A stretch of 64,000 bases of DNA from Glaucostegus cemiculus (Eukaryota): assembly GCA_976551045.1 (NCBI GenBank), contig CDPCPM010000164.1, positions 7,440,001 to 7,504,000 on the forward strand, written 5' to 3'. A model generated the notes under the pieces. The model was not told the DNA's origin, did not search any database, and saw only the letters and a program-made list of their open reading frames with translations. Shown here piece after piece: positions 62,816 to 64,000 of this stretch. A program made the translations under genes and the position numbers. How positions within the stretch are numbered: position 1 is the first letter of the stretch; every line of letters begins with the position of its first letter.

Positions 62816-62847
62816 ATGGTGGATTCCACAGACCAAAAACCTATCTG
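62816..62847 (+). CDS. FAM204A: FAM204A first coding segment (exon 62792-62847; MVDSTDQKPI, ends phase 2)
   Basis: Strong acceptor TTTTCCCTTTCTTTCAAG and donor CTG|GTAAGA. An in-frame TAA precedes the ATG. The phase-2 end (TG) joins the T that opens the next exon to give TGT and keep the frame. No sequence homology was recognised for this exon itself. Confidence 0.6.
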
Positions 62848-63595
62848 GTAAGAACTCTTCAGCAGTACGTAAATTTGCATACTAAATTACAGGACTTTTT
62901 TAATGAGCATGCTGTCTTGGTATATCCATCCAACAAAAGCAAAGTGAGTTTAGAATGGATATTCTCCTTTCAGACCTAGATTGTTTTGTCTCAAGGAGAG
63001 AAAGAAATTACAGGAGAGGACAAAATAAATCAAAAAAGTGTCATGAATATGCTTGTGAGACTCAGTCTCGGGATTTTGACAACAACATATATCTCATTCA
63101 GTCTTCGAAGCAATATTTAATCTTTAATGGACCTGTTTCTTTCATTATAGAATAAAAAAGATCCTTTGCAATGCATGTGTATCATTCTGACATAACTTAA
63201 ACATTTCAATAATGGTAACCTATTTTTAATTTAATTTAAATCATTTTTCTGTTTTATACCCAAAGCTAAATGTTAGTTTAGATGTTCTAATGAAGTGGAT
63301 CTTGTATTAACAACAACAAAGTTTTATTAGACTTCAATAATCATATCATGAATTGTCAGCAATCTGCTAAATGCAATAATCTGCGGTTACTGGAAAGGCT
63401 ACCTGACATATCAAGTGAAGTATTGAAAATTGGACTATAGGTGTGTTTAATAGGGACATTTATTCACCATTTATGTTAGCTTTCAAAAGCAAGATTTGTA
63501 AAGTTGAGTTTCTAAAGAATCTTTTCCTTCAAGGATTTTGCTATGCCTGTCTCATTTCAGTGCTTCTCACTACTTTTTTATATAACTTCTTACAG

Positions 63596-63722
63596 TGTGC
63601 TCCCAGAAGAGAGTGGCAATGCAAGTAAGTTGGATAGTTGTTTGAAGGAAAAGAAATCTTCAGACGATATGAAAGATGTAACTGAAGATTGCCCATCTGG
63701 AGTTTCTCTGCAACTATGGAAA
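63596..63722 (+). CDS. FAM204A: FAM204A coding exon (VLPEESGNASKLDSCLKEKKSSDDMKDVTEDCPSGVSLQLWK); gene continues beyond the window
   Basis: Acceptor ACTTCTTACAG and donor AAA|GTATGT. EDCPSGVSLQLWK matches human FAM204A EECPSGIPIDMWN as recalled, and I recall the human exon also ending in phase 0 at this residue. Confidence 0.78.
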
Positions 63723-64000
63723 GTATGTCTTTCATTATAAGGTTAACTCATTAATAGTTATTTGATTCTATTTTCTTTTACCTATTCAATTTTGCTTTAT
63801 ATTACAAATTATTCAGACCACCAAGGATACAGTAGATTAATTCCCCTTTAAAGGAAAGGTGAGTATTAATTGGCTATTGATGTGTAGAAAAACTGAAGAT
63901 GATTGTTAGGGAAATCCATAATACAGCCAGCAGTAATCAAGGAACAGCAGTATATGTCAAACTAATATAATATGACTAGACTGTGATGGTGTTAATACAA

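Overview
Eukaryotic, vertebrate genomic DNA, AT-rich and repeat-laden. The repeat spectrum (CR1 LINEs with an esterase ORF1, Rex1/Babar, RTE, L2, Penelope, V-SINE and Deu-SINE relics) points to a cartilaginous fish, probably a ray or shark; this is inference. The only host gene I can support is the 5' end of a FAM204A orthologue on the + strand. It has a CpG-island promoter and probable non-coding exon 1 at about 49.5-49.95 kb, a roughly 12.8 kb intron 1, and two coding exons (62792-62847, ATG at 62816; 63596-63722). These splice in frame to give MVDSTDQKPICVLPEE...EDCPSGVSLQLWK. The upstream 49 kb has no recognisable coding gene. It is a mosaic of nested retrotransposons and TE-poor, homeodomain-motif-rich blocks that look like conserved enhancers, plus several splice-site-flanked minus-strand segments that may form a divergent lncRNA. 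The best-preserved elements are a near full-length CR1 (15159-19170) and an internally deleted Gypsy LTR element (56702-59510, TSD AAGT). I found no evidence of a wholly new multi-gene system. The best leads are: an apparently re-built FAM204A N-terminus, strongly asymmetric CpG decay between the two Gypsy LTRs, an ETS-CRE composite motif in the LTR, Penelope-derived hammerhead-ribozyme relics, a V-SINE with a Rex1-type tail, and the putative divergent transcript. All family names come from motif recognition by eye, not from database searches.
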